The translations under genes and the position numbers were made by a program. A DNA stretch of 64,000 nt from Chrysomallon squamiferum (taxonomy: Eukaryota; Animalia; Mollusca), in assembly GCA_012295275.1 (NCBI GenBank), contig CM022671.1:29884001-29948000 (forward strand), given 5' to 3'. Shown in pieces: positions 1-13,542 of this stretch (position 1 is its first letter; each line of letters begins with the position of its first letter). The notes below the pieces were generated by a model that searched no databases, was not told where the DNA came from, and saw only the letters and a program-made list of their open reading frames with translations.

Positions 1-3000
1 GCTTTACATTTTAAACATTATATTACATACAAACAATCCTTAAAATATTGTAATTTAGCTTTTAACATTTCCAAAATAGCATATTTAAGGTTTTTAAAAT
101 GGTATGGCAAGACAAGAAGCTGAGTATCACAGTTTTACAGAATGCTATATAAATATTATGCAAAAACATTGTATGTAAACACAAACAAACCACACACCAA
201 ACTCCATGTTTTTAGTTGTCATCTCAAAACTTTTAACATTCATTAATAATCAGTTTTGGAAATAAATTATAACTGTCATTATTTTTTTTTTATGATAAAA
301 TTTAAAGAATATTTAACAATTTATATCTACTAAAGGTGAATATTTACATTTATTTATTTAATACAGGTGACTTAGCATAAAATAGTAAAAAATAGAGTAT
401 CTCCCATGATATCACCTGGTACTGTCAGATTTCTTCCTGTTATGAAACCTATTTATTCTAGTGACACAGATGAATTTTATTTAACAAGACTCCAAACATT
501 TTTAACCTGGTTGTTATGCAACATAAATAACACAATGAATTAAACCTTTTTCTGCAACTTGAATATAGCATTTTTTTTTATCAGCCAGTTTTTTTTTTTT
601 TTATATACATTTACCATAAAGAAAAAAAGAAAAGAAAAAAGAAACAAAACCCAAGAACTAGAAAAAGACCATATACCATAACCTTTGATAAATTAACCAC
701 TTGATGGGTACTATGAATGATGAGGAAAAAGCCCTTTACTTGAAATTAATGTAAATGTTTTATTAAATAATAAAATGTGTTTAGGTATTAGTTTTTTTTC
801 TTTGAAAAATGTGATTCCTTTTCATAGTTTAATAAATTACTGATTGGTTTAAACCAGCATGAGTTTTGGTTTTCTCACAGTAAACAAGTCAATTCTCATT
901 TCTTTTTTTTTGCCATTGGCAGATACATCTTAATTTATTTTCAGTTTTTGCAAAATTAATTCATAAGTATTTTAATGTTAAATAAACCCCCCAAATTTAA
1001 ACAAGAATATATAATTAAGAAGCAATTACATGTACAAAACAGTAAATAAATATTATGAGAATAATTATTGTGTATTTACAAGTCTTGATTTCTTGATTAT
1101 TATTATGACAAAGTCATAATTATATACAATCCAGTATTTTACAATATAAATTAAAAGATAAAGGGTTTTCTATAATGTCATCAATTTTGTGTAATAGCTA
1201 ATACTTGAAAGCTCAAAACGAGGAAAGACATTAATATAATTAAATATTTTCATATGTTTATAAATAAAAAAGTTAAAATAACATTCAACATAAATTGTGC
1301 TTTTAAAAAATAAATAAGTACTGAATCTACGTTTACATTACTTTACTGATTGTCAGTATAGTTACTATATAAAATGAAATATTAACAAAGTATTTACAGT
1401 TTTTTCATAACCAAGGAAATTTCTACTTTTATGATCTATTATGTTATTGATTCCAAAGAAACAGATTTTCTTTTTAAAAAAACAGAACTTGTTTTAATAT
1501 GCTACCTGTATATTAAATTATTTCCCCCTTTTTCCACTAACAGAGACATGCACATATTGCCCTATAAAAGCAAGATGTCCAGCTATGAAACCATATTCAT
1601 TTAATCAATTTAATATTCAGAATAATATCTCTAAACCAACTGCTGTACGTTATAATTTTTTTTTTCTCATCCTCACTGAAAATAATTTAATACAGAACTA
1701 CTACAAGTAATTTTCCAGACAGAGTTGTGAAGATTACAGCACAACAGAACAAGTGCTAATTAACTAAATGTCTTTTTATCTAACTTAACTTTAAAAGACT
1801 TCTTAATTACCTGAACAAAGGCCTAATGTAACTATATTTTAAAGATATGTTAATTAAAATTCTAATCATTTATTAAACAAAAATCCCTTTAGGTTTCCAA
1901 CGATATATATATTAACAATCTTTGACAAAAGATGTCTAATTTAGCAAAACAAAAATAAATAAAAGTCAAGAATAAAGATAATTATTTGTAAATATAACAA
2001 CAACAGGAACAGGAGAAAAGATAGAGTAGTAAGCTAAATGTTTTTCATTTAATTTATTTTCTTTCTTTTTGTACAGGTAAAGGTGTTGATAGGATGAAAA
2101 GTCAAACTTTCCTCTGTTAAAAAAAACACAGCTTTAAATCTGCTTCTTAATAACAGAGGAAGACATGTGAACACAAAGTAAAAGCAAACATTTTAAAAAC
2201 CTATAAATATTGAATGCTGTATTAACAGGTACTAAAGAAATCATAAAAACAAACAAAACAAAAAGTTCAGACATAGTTAGCAAATATTTTTCATACTGAA
2301 ATATAAATTAAGATTAACAGATTCACTGAATGAAAACAACGAAAACCTAAAAAAACAAACAAAAGAAAAAACAAACATCATTCCACCTCTCACTCATTTT
2401 TCAAAAGGTTAAATAAAAATACACACAAAGCACTATTTTAAGATTAAAAGATTTTCTAACTCAGTTTATCAAATTAATAGCCAGCCTGGTCCCCAGAAAA
2501 AACCCCACCCATGCCACGTCTACATTAAGCAAGTTTAAAAGGCTTATTAATATACTGTTGCAAAGCACTTTTCTGAAATTATTTAGTATACTTTCTACCC
2601 AGCTCATCAAAATATAAATATCCTACTCTCCAGATACCAAAACAATCCAAAAACCAAAGTACATTTCATTTATTTAAAAACTATTTCACTGAATCCAGAA
2701 AAGTATTGGCTTATATATAACTTTAATAAGGTTTACTAAATAATAAACAGCCCTACCCTAACACCAAAAAACAAAATGATGTTCCATCTATTCAAGTACA
2801 GTTGATAGTCTTAATAACATATTTTATTGAGATTACCAAAGAACAAGCTTCATCCATTAAAATATAGATATTTTTAAAATACATTTCATCTATTCTAGTG
2901 TTTAAAACCTAATAATAATAAATATGTTTTAATCAGATGATCAAAGAACTACTTCAGTCAATAAAATATTTTTAATTACAGTTAATCAAAGTATAAATCT

Positions 3001-3170
3001 CCCATCCAAGAAACAAAATGGCAGTTCCTATACCCCAGTAATGTTTAAATGCTCTACTAATAAAAAGAGTTTAATGAGTTAAAGAAAGAACAAGCTTAAG
3101 TCACTAATATTTTTCAATAAATTTCACCCACTTATAAATTATTTAGTAGTTGTTTTTTTAATAATAAACT

Positions 3171-3383
3171 TCAAGCTTCTGATTCTGCTCCTTCAATTTC
3201 CCTCTCATCCCCATCTCCACGTTGTTGTGTAGGTGATGATGCACTGAGGTCAGGTGACGCCAAACTGCTGTCTGATTGGTCGTTGCTAAGGATGAGAAAT
3301 TTTCCGTCTGGACTCAAAGGAAGTTTTGGTTCATCAGTTTCTTGCTGGTCAACTTGCTTTTTAATATTCTGGATTAACAGTTT
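3171..3383 (-). CDS. APPL1: APPL exon 22 (terminal)
   Basis: KLLIQNIKKQ...SPDGKFLILSNDQSDS...EGAESEA*; matches human EGQFVVLSS...ESEA. Confidence 0.94.
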   Translation of the reverse strand, partial: KLLIQNIKKQVDQQETDEPKLPLSPDGKFLILSNDQSDSSLASPDLSASSPTQQRGDGDEREIEGAESEA

Positions 3384-3634
3384 CTGAAATGGATAAAATA
3401 ACAGTTAATAGATTAATTTTTTTTTTTTTTTTTTTTTTTTTGATATGGTGAAGAAATATTAAGATACAGGAGTGGCTGGATTGTGAAAACAATGCTAGGG
3501 GAAAAAAAAAAAAAAATTAAAATTAAAATTAAAATAAAATAATACAATAATAAAATAAATAAATAAATAAAAATAAATAAATAAATAAAAATAAAAAGTA
3601 AAAATAAAAAACCAACAAATTAAAAACATTCTTT

Positions 3635-3670
<36 letters not shown>

Positions 3671-3931
3671 AAAAAAGTTAAGATTATTAATGAATGCACA
3701 TACATTTCCCCACCAGTAACAGTATCTTCAATGACTCAGGTACACAGATGTTGTGAGTAAATCAGTGTTTAATTCTATATTAACTGTTTTAATTGCTAAT
3801 TATGTGCTAACCCATACATATACATAGATATTCTCTGACACTTTCACTGAAATGTAATTCAAACTGTAGTATTTGTCAGTAACATCTGCTCCTCAAATAT
3901 ATTAATGTAAAAGTTTATTTTCATTGAAAAG

Positions 3932-3975
<44 letters not shown>

Positions 3976-4220
3976 ATAATAATATAAATGTTATTAAATA
4001 TCAAATTGAATTTTAAATTATAAATCTCCATATTTCTATTTATTAGTCACAACAAAAAATAGATAATGATGATGATGATGATAATAATAATAATAATAAT
4101 AATAATAAAATGAAATAAAATAATTAAATAAATAAAGATAAAAAGAGAAAAAGTGTGCATTTTGGAAATGTAACCAAACTCTAATGTAACAAATCCACCA
4201 TTTAATCAGTTTCTCAACAT

Positions 4221-4259
<39 letters not shown>

Positions 4260-4706
4260 AACAACATTCTGTATGTTTAATCAAAATATTAAAACAGTAA
4301 AAGTAAATTAAATTTTTCTTTTCTTTCTAAGATGGCTATTATTACACATGCAAAACTTTAATATAACATAACTGTTGTTTAATGTATTGTGAACAGATTT
4401 ACTATATTATTCAGATGCTAGTAAGTTCAGGTATATGGCTAGTACCACACTGTTTATAATAATGTAATTACAACATTTTATTTGACTGATTAATGAACAT
4501 TTGTTGGCAAGAAGTGTGTGTACTAAATTGTGAACCTGTAACTGCCAGATGTTCATTTTAAAATGTATTTATGCACAAACAGAAGAACTAGCTCCATATA
4601 GGGTTTCACTATACTGACACCAGCTTGACAAGTCTATTTTACCATATGGATAATCAACATATCCTATTTTAGCATCCTGATCATTACATATTATAGAATG
4701 AATGAA

Positions 4707-4741
<35 letters not shown>

Positions 4742-5905
4742 CAGTAATAATAACATTGTATTATTATTAGTAGTAGTACTACTACTACTACCACTACTAC
4801 TACTAATAATTTCAACAATAAAATAATGAAAATAATAAAATAAACAAATAAATTACTTTAAAAAAAAAATAATTATGTTAACATAAATTACAATTACTGT
4901 GATTTCTAATGGATTTTCAAATGAACGAATGATGAAAAAAATTAATAAAAATTAAAAAAAGGCATAAACATTTTATGCCTGTGTATGTTTAAACAACAGA
5001 TTAAGAATGAATAAGGACAGACAATTATATATTTTTGCCGAACACCAAAACCATATTAAACTGATTATTAAATCTATATTAATTTAGTTTCATTAATTCT
5101 TATCTAGAGGAGGACTTGTGTTAAATACAGAGGGCTTTCAAATTAAAACACAGATGTGTGCAGTCTCTATCAACATCTTGTATTGGTCGGTTTCATAATT
5201 AATGTGTATCTATTATTATTATATATATATTTGTGATGACAATGAGAATATTCAAAATATTTTATCAAAATGAAATTAAACTTAATTAATTAACAGAACT
5301 GTCAATATAGTTCTGATAGATCTGTTATAAGGCATCTAATAAACCTTTTAAACATAACTGAGGTAGACAAAGTAGTCTTAATCTGTGAATCCTTTAGGTT
5401 AACATTGATACACTGTCACAGAAATGAAATAAAAAATATAGTGAACCTAATCTTAGACGTTTTGGAAAACAATTTGAAAACCCTATGCACACTGTTATTG
5501 ATTGTTATTATATATTATATGTATGGGAGTTTTACAGTATATGAACATGCCATAAAACAGCAAGAAATAATGCCACTGAAGAAAAATTGTTACTATCCCA
5601 GGAACAGAGGCATAGTAAGCACTCAATCCCCAGACCCTAGCTGATGAGAAAGAAACTACAGAAAACTCTACATTTATCTCATAAGCTTAGGAAATGTATA
5701 CTGTTTTAATAGTTCTCCATTCAGATTAATAATGTTGTACACAGATGCTTGTTTCAATAGGTTTATTAAAAATAAAGTATGACAATAAAATAACAAGCCT
5801 GTAACAATGCAGGGAGGTTGACATTTTGTCTTTTATGTAAAAGAAATCTAGGCACAATTTGGGTACAACACTTTTTTAAAAATAAAATGGTCTATAAGTT
5901 TTTTT

Positions 5906-5946
<41 letters not shown>

Positions 5947-8900
5947 CAGTATAAAAATGATATCATGAATAAAAAGGAAATGTAAAGATTAATGCAACTT
6001 TTATTGTCATACTTGATTATTAGCAAAGACAGGATATAAAGTTCAAACAAAAACAATTTCTAATTAAATGTAATGAGAGGTTATTAATACAAAAAAACTT
6101 ATAATAAAAAAAAATTAAAATAAAATAATAAATTAAAATTTAAAAATAAAAATACAAATAAATAAAAAATAATTTAGAAAAATAAAAAATCCTAATAGAC
6201 AGTAAAATGTAATCTCAAAAAATATAAAAAACAACCTAACAAAATAATAATATAAAAATTAACAATTAAAGAAAAAAAGAAAAAAGAAAAAATAAAATAA
6301 AATACAAATAAATAAAACAATAAAGAAAAAAGAAATATGCCTAAAATGTTGCACATTATTGGCAGATTATCACTGTTTATAAACTTAAATTATTTTTATC
6401 AATATTTTCAGTACTAGCAATTTAAACACATAACTGAAATTTGTGTCCTGTATTAAACTGTAAACTGGAAACCCCTATCAAAATGGCTGATACTAATTTA
6501 ACTGAAAATATATCTAGCATCAGAAGCAGGCAAATCTTTCACTTATTCTGCAAATACTGTTTAAAGCTAACCAGTTGGAAAATAACGATAACAGAAAATA
6601 GTTCTTAATTCAGAAATATCCAGTGATCCATATCCAAATTCAGAAATATCCAAAATATTTTGAAAATAAATTTTGCAAGGTTTTCAAAGTGAAATAGAAA
6701 TGTAAAGTTAGCTGTAAATATAACTTTTTTTCATATGCTACATAATCCATGATCAATCTGAATTTTTGAATAACAGTTGTATAAAATAAGAATAATTCAT
6801 AATCTCTTTTTCTCAGATTTTTAAATAAAATATTTCGGTGTTGCACTGAAAATGTATTGATTTAAATAAACAGCTCAACACTGAAACAAACAAAACATTA
6901 TTGATCTTCAGACAACTTCTGAATTTGGAATGAAACCTTCTGAAAATACGTCTGAATTTTAAAACATTTCCCTTCTTCTGACATAACAGAACTTCTTTAT
7001 ATCAAGAATCAAACTTAACTTAAACCTGAAGTTACCAATAAGTCTAATTTCCATTCAGTTCCATTCACTAATAATAATAATCTTCTACGTTAGTACTACG
7101 AAACCAATACCACTGTTACAGCATAAGAAAAATATGCTTGTATATATGGGTACATGATGGTTATGAACATTTGGGTTGCTATGTGCAAACTGTAAATGAA
7201 GACATGCACAGACAAAAGTCCTGACATGCCCTGTACCTTGTACTGTGCCTCAAGTTATGACAACAGTAATTCATCATCATCGAACTGAAAGAAACACATT
7301 AAGTATATATGATATGATGTTCTGAATTCTTTGTTTGAATACCTGATGTAATAATTAACTATTTTTATTTATACTTTTATTTATTTATTTATTAAATGTT
7401 TTATATGGGGGTTCTGATTTTGACTATCTGAAAGCTAGCATATAACTTACCATGGCTAATTAATTACTTAATCAATTGTTATTATTTTATTATTATTTTG
7501 TTTATTTGTTTAATTTTTGTTCCCTTACATAGATTTTTTATTTCTTTGTTTTAAGCAGATCATACCATTTTTTTTTTTTTTTTTTTATTCACTCTTACCA
7601 AATTTATTTTTGTTTCAGATCTATTTATCAAACTGAAACATATTAAATGACATAGATCTAATTTTCAACTACTATGAAATGTTAGCAATTAATTTACTGA
7701 TTAGCTGTGATCAAAAAAAGAATATAAAATATGTCCTATTTTAAATTAAATTACTAATGCTAAAACTATATATAAAAAAAAAATAAATAACGAAACTTGG
7801 TTGCTTTTTGAAAGTCAGTCTAATAAAAAATAAAAAATTTCAAACAAAAATCTATAAATAAATAAAACACTTCTGGAGTTTGTAATTTAAAATTAGATTA
7901 ATGCCTCTATGCTTTGTTACCACAGTTTGTGCAAAGATATCTATCAGTTTGGATTAAAACAGAAAATAACTAAAAACAGTGCATAAGTAAGAACATTATA
8001 ATAAAACAGAATGAAATTGACATAAAAATGAAAATAAAAAAAATAAAAAATAACAACAATAATAATAAATAATGGTAATAATAACAATAATAAAAAAATA
8101 AAATAAAATAAAATAATAGTAACAATAACATATGGTTTAAAGCCATATGTTTAACAGAAATATACAGATACAGTATGAACAGAATTTTCAAAAGGTATTA
8201 ACAACATTTAAAAGCATAAAAGCATTTTGAAAATAATAATGTTAAATAAATTATGTTAATCTGATAGTAAGAATCCATTAATAATAAAATACAATAAATA
8301 AATGGCTTCATAATATACTATTATGTTTTGTTTAATAAAAGGAAAAAGCACAGAAGCATTGTGAAGAACTGAAGAATAAATTAATGATTAAACAACTGAT
8401 TGATAATGTAAGTAAAAGCAGATTTTTTTGAATTTTTAAAATGTATAAATTAAATATTAAACAGAGCCTATTACAAAAATATGATTTATTAAGATTAAAG
8501 TTGTTTTTTTGGCTGTTATTTTTTTTAAAATAAATTTTACAAAAAGTGTCTTGATAAAAATAAAAAAATTAAAAAGAAGTAAGAAACAAAAAATACCTTT
8601 TCTCTTTCTTTATCAGTAATTCCTGTTTTCCCAGCTCTTTTTTCCTGAAGGCAAATAAAGAAAAATGTGAATATGTTGCCACAGAGTACCTTTTATCACT
8701 GTCAACATTATTACAATCATACACACATAAACAAAGGAAAAATAATTATGCCAGGATTTAAGAATTTTTACTTGTATAATTGTGTGTAGCTGTGTATGTG
8801 TTTATATATATAATAACACTACTACTACTGTTATTATAATTTTATATCAGTTTTATATTTTTGGTAAATTGCGATGTGTGCACTAAAACATATAAAACTG

Positions 8901-8976
8901 ACATAAAAATAATAATAAGAGAAGTAATTACAATAACAATATTAATAATATAAATTATTAATAACAAATAATAATG

Positions 8977-9022
<46 letters not shown>

Positions 9023-10103
9023 CAATAATAACTAATAATAATAATAGTGAAAATACCATAAGTGCTTGAAAAGCTATCTTTGTTGCAGTGCTGATTGCTT
9101 GGCAGATCTGAAATAATAAAAAAGTATATTTTACCAGACAGAACAGATTTGTATATAAATGATGTACAACAATGCAAATCAGTTATTACAGCAGCAATAC
9201 AAATTATAAGTCTTCATTCAATATGTACCAAAGATTCATCCATTTGAGTGCATTTTTATTTATTTATTTATTTATTTAAAAAAAAAGCTTTAAGCTAATG
9301 TTTTAGGCAGAATTTTATTTTTAAATATAATAAAAAATACCATCAAAATGTCACACAAGGTTAATTTCAACAAGCATGATAAAATTTGGTATTAAAAATT
9401 AATTTTAAAAAATGACTGACAATGCAAATGTTAAAACTCACTTCCTCAGAAGAAGTGTTGGTTTCAAAAACATGACAAGCAAACGAAGGGGCTCCACTCT
9501 CATTCCTACTCCGAGTAATAAACCCAAATAACCTGAAGTGAGAACACAGAAACAGCTATAGTGAAATGTAGACAGCCTTAATGACACATCAACACATTAA
9601 TATTAATAGTGGTTATGTGTCAGTCCATATAATGAACAAAGGATGTTTGTTTAGAGTTTATTATTAGTGTATATAATCATATGATGAACTGACATACACA
9701 AATGAAAAGAAGTATTATAATAGCATTAACAACATGTACTGACTCTAAAATATGTCAACTACTACTACTACTGCTTTTAATAAATAATAATAAATAAATA
9801 AATTAAAAACAAATAAAATATCAAAAATAATTAATAATGCTTCAGTACCTTTCTATATCAATGTTTTGTCAGGATTTGATTTTTTTAATTTCTGTTCTAA
9901 AATTTAAGTTTTAGTTTACAAATAAGTATCCGTTTTGTGCATTATTTAGTATTATTATAGACAGAATTTGATTATTTTCTAAATAAAATTATTATGATAA
10001 AACGGGTTATTACCTGTTATTATCAGGGTGTGTTGTCCAGAATGATATATCTGCCAAAGCAAACTCCACCCTTGTAGTGTTAGCCACTGGATCTATAAGT
10101 CTA

Positions 10104-10168
<65 letters not shown>

Positions 10169-11413
10169 AAGAAGAAGAAGAAGAAGAAGAAAACAACAAG
10201 AAAATCACAACTAAATAAAACATCATGAAATACATTTTTTGTTAAATTATATGAAACAAATTAATAAGGCCCAATACCTTGGGTTGTCACACCAGTATAT
10301 TATGATTATATTAACAAATGATAAAAGTTATATAAAATCTGAATTTAATTCTGTTAATGTGTATAATTAACAATACTGTAACAAAACATAAGGGATATTT
10401 GTAAAAAAAAAAAAAAAAAAATTAAAATGAATCTCACCTCATAGACTCATTAGTAACCAGCAATCGAGACTCAGTCATTTTAAACACATTGTGAATAGCT
10501 CGGGCAGCCATGATCTGTCGTATTGTCGAGTGAACAAGTTGTTCTCCTGAAATCAATAGCATCATAACACACAGAACAATCAAAAATTAAAAATACAAAC
10601 AAAAAAAAACAACAACAACAACATCTGAACAATTAAAAATTAAAAAATAAAATTAGAATAAAATAAACAAAACATATATATGAAGAAAAAACAGCAACAA
10701 CAACCAAAATAAACCTTAAAACTCACCTCACATACTAATTTGCTTTTTAATTTTATTTATCTAAGTTTATTATAAGAAAAGGCTATTTGTTCAGTTTGTT
10801 ATTAGCAAAGGTTTGTGGAGAAGAACACTAAATGCACCATATGAAAGTATTAAAAAATGTATTTTTACTATACACATATACAGATGGCTTAATGTATCTA
10901 GAACAACAACAGGTTTACCTCTGTCTGTCTGTACCTCCATGGAGCCAAGAAATCTGACAGTAAAATTCTGAGCAAATGCCAAGTTTTCATCTGAAGCATC
11001 AACACTGTCACCTGATGTTTTGTCAAATGGGTTCACTCTTCTGAAAATTATAAAACAGCAGGTAAACAAATATTTAAAACATCAGTATAATAACAACAAC
11101 AACAATAAAAATAACAAGAACCAGTAACAATAACATGTATTTATACAGCACCCCATACATCTTTTGTCTTTTTTTTTTAATGATTTAAAAAATAATTAAT
11201 CCAATAATTTTGTTTATCTTAAGGATAATTAATATAAACTTTAACCAAATATTGTTGATGTTTAATATCTTGTAATTTACTCCTGTTATACATTAAACAA
11301 AGAGCCAAATGCTGATATTCTGCTTCCTCTTTTATCCTATTTTATTTTAATAATGCAAATTTTCAAATTTGTCTCGAAGAATTTGATTTTTAATTACCTT
11401 TACACTGAAATCA

Positions 11414-11495
<82 letters not shown>

Positions 11496-13480
11496 TAATA
11501 ATAACAATAATGACAGTAATATCAGTTAAAAGAAGAACCTGACTATTAACATCTAAGACAAAACTGTGTTAAATAAAAGATAATGCCTACAAACAAACAT
11601 GCCACATTAAACAATGAAAACGTCTTCGTACTAAGTCTACCACAAAACCAAAACATATTTCCAGTTCATAAACATATCTTTTTAACTGTAAGAATTATAT
11701 CTTTTTTTTTTTTCTTTTTTTTAAAGATACTAATAAATAAATAAAAGAAAAATTTAACAACAATAACAACAACAACAACAACAACAATAATAACAATAAT
11801 AATAATAATAATCATCATCATCATCTTCATCATAATAACTGTAAAAACAACAACAACAAGAAACAATACCAACAACAGTAATAACAATAACAAAGACAAT
11901 AATAACAATAATAATAATTCAGAGAGAAAGTGACTTTGAGAAAGTCTACCAAGTTGTAAATACACACTTGGGAGGGCCTGACTGTGGAGAGGTTGCACCT
12001 TGACCTTCGGGTGACAGTGACGCCAAGTCAAACTGGATTGGTTGATCTATAATGAGGTCATCAGCAGAACTGCTGCGAGGGGGCGGAGACTGAGAATGGT
12101 TTGTACTAAACAACAAAAGAAAAACAAAAGAAAACACGTCACAGTAAGAACTAAATAAACATAAATAAGTAAATAATAATTAAAATTAAATTTAAATTAA
12201 AATTTTAAAACAGAAATAAAAAAATAAAATTGACGTTAAATTGAATAAATATCATTACATAAAACAAAAAACATGGACCATATATATATATATATATATA
12301 TAAATTAATCATGAAAGAATGAATTATTACAATAAAAAAAGCATTTACAACAACATCTAGACAAACATGCAATACTAATTGTGGCAAACATAAATTCTAT
12401 CAGACATTCTATTACTTATATTACTGAAAAAAACACTCATTTTTGATTGCATGTGTCTCTGTATGTCTGTGTCATCCATAGATGTATGTTTGAATATCTA
12501 TGTGTGATTGTATACATATGTACATAAATATATGTGAATATTTATATTTTCTCTTATCTCTCTGGTGTATTTGTAAATATAAAATTTATGTACCTCCATA
12601 TATATTTTTGTATCCTTCTTTTATCTGTGTATGTATGTATATATGTATGTGTTGATTTGTCTACTAAGAATGTACATCTATGTATTTAGGTGTATTATGT
12701 TTATGTTTTTCTTGTAGGTAGGTACACAGTTATGTATATATGCATGTGTCTGTGTATCTGTGTGCATGCATGTGTTTGTTATTTATGTTTTTACAGGTGT
12801 GTGTACAAATGATACAAACCGTATTGGACTTGTTGTTTCTTGAAATGACTGCCCTTCAGATGATTGACTTTTCACAGACCCCACACTTGGAGTTTGTTCC
12901 TGTACAGCATAAACTTTGCATCAGAATATAATCTTAATCACAGAGAAAAAGTTTACACAAGAAGTAGTTTACAGTAAATTAGATATAAATGAAAAAGAAA
13001 TTTAAAAACATAATAAGAAATTGGTAATGTACACTAATATGAGTTCACCAAAAAAAAAAAAAATAAAATTTGTTTTAACTTGGCAGCTTTTCATAAATGA
13101 TTACACTTGATACATGATTTTATGACTTATTAGCCAGAATTTATTTGTTGATTATTTATTTTTTGTATGTTTACTTTTGTTTTTTTAGAAATTTATTATA
13201 TTTTTACCTTCTTCTTAGCTGAAGCTTTCCCCCGAACATATCCACTATCTCGAACTATGTTGTTAATTGTAGCTATCCACTGTAAATAAATAAAATAAAA
13301 TAAAACCCAGATGTTAAATTTCATTAGAATACAGTTGATCTAGGGTTGGTCTTAAACCCCAACAAGGACAGATCAACATTTACACAAAAAAAAATGAAGA
13401 TGGGATAGAACTGTCAGTGAAGTGGATATAATTTTCAAGATAAAATGTGTTTCATTTAAAAAAGAGAGAAAAACGCTAAG

Positions 13481-13542
<62 letters not shown>

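Noticed and set aside
11946-11967. Alternative downstream donor for APPL exon 15 (TG|GTAGAC)
   Set aside because: Would create TGA at the junction with exon 16; the upstream AA|GTGTGT donor gives the conserved continuation into RVNPF
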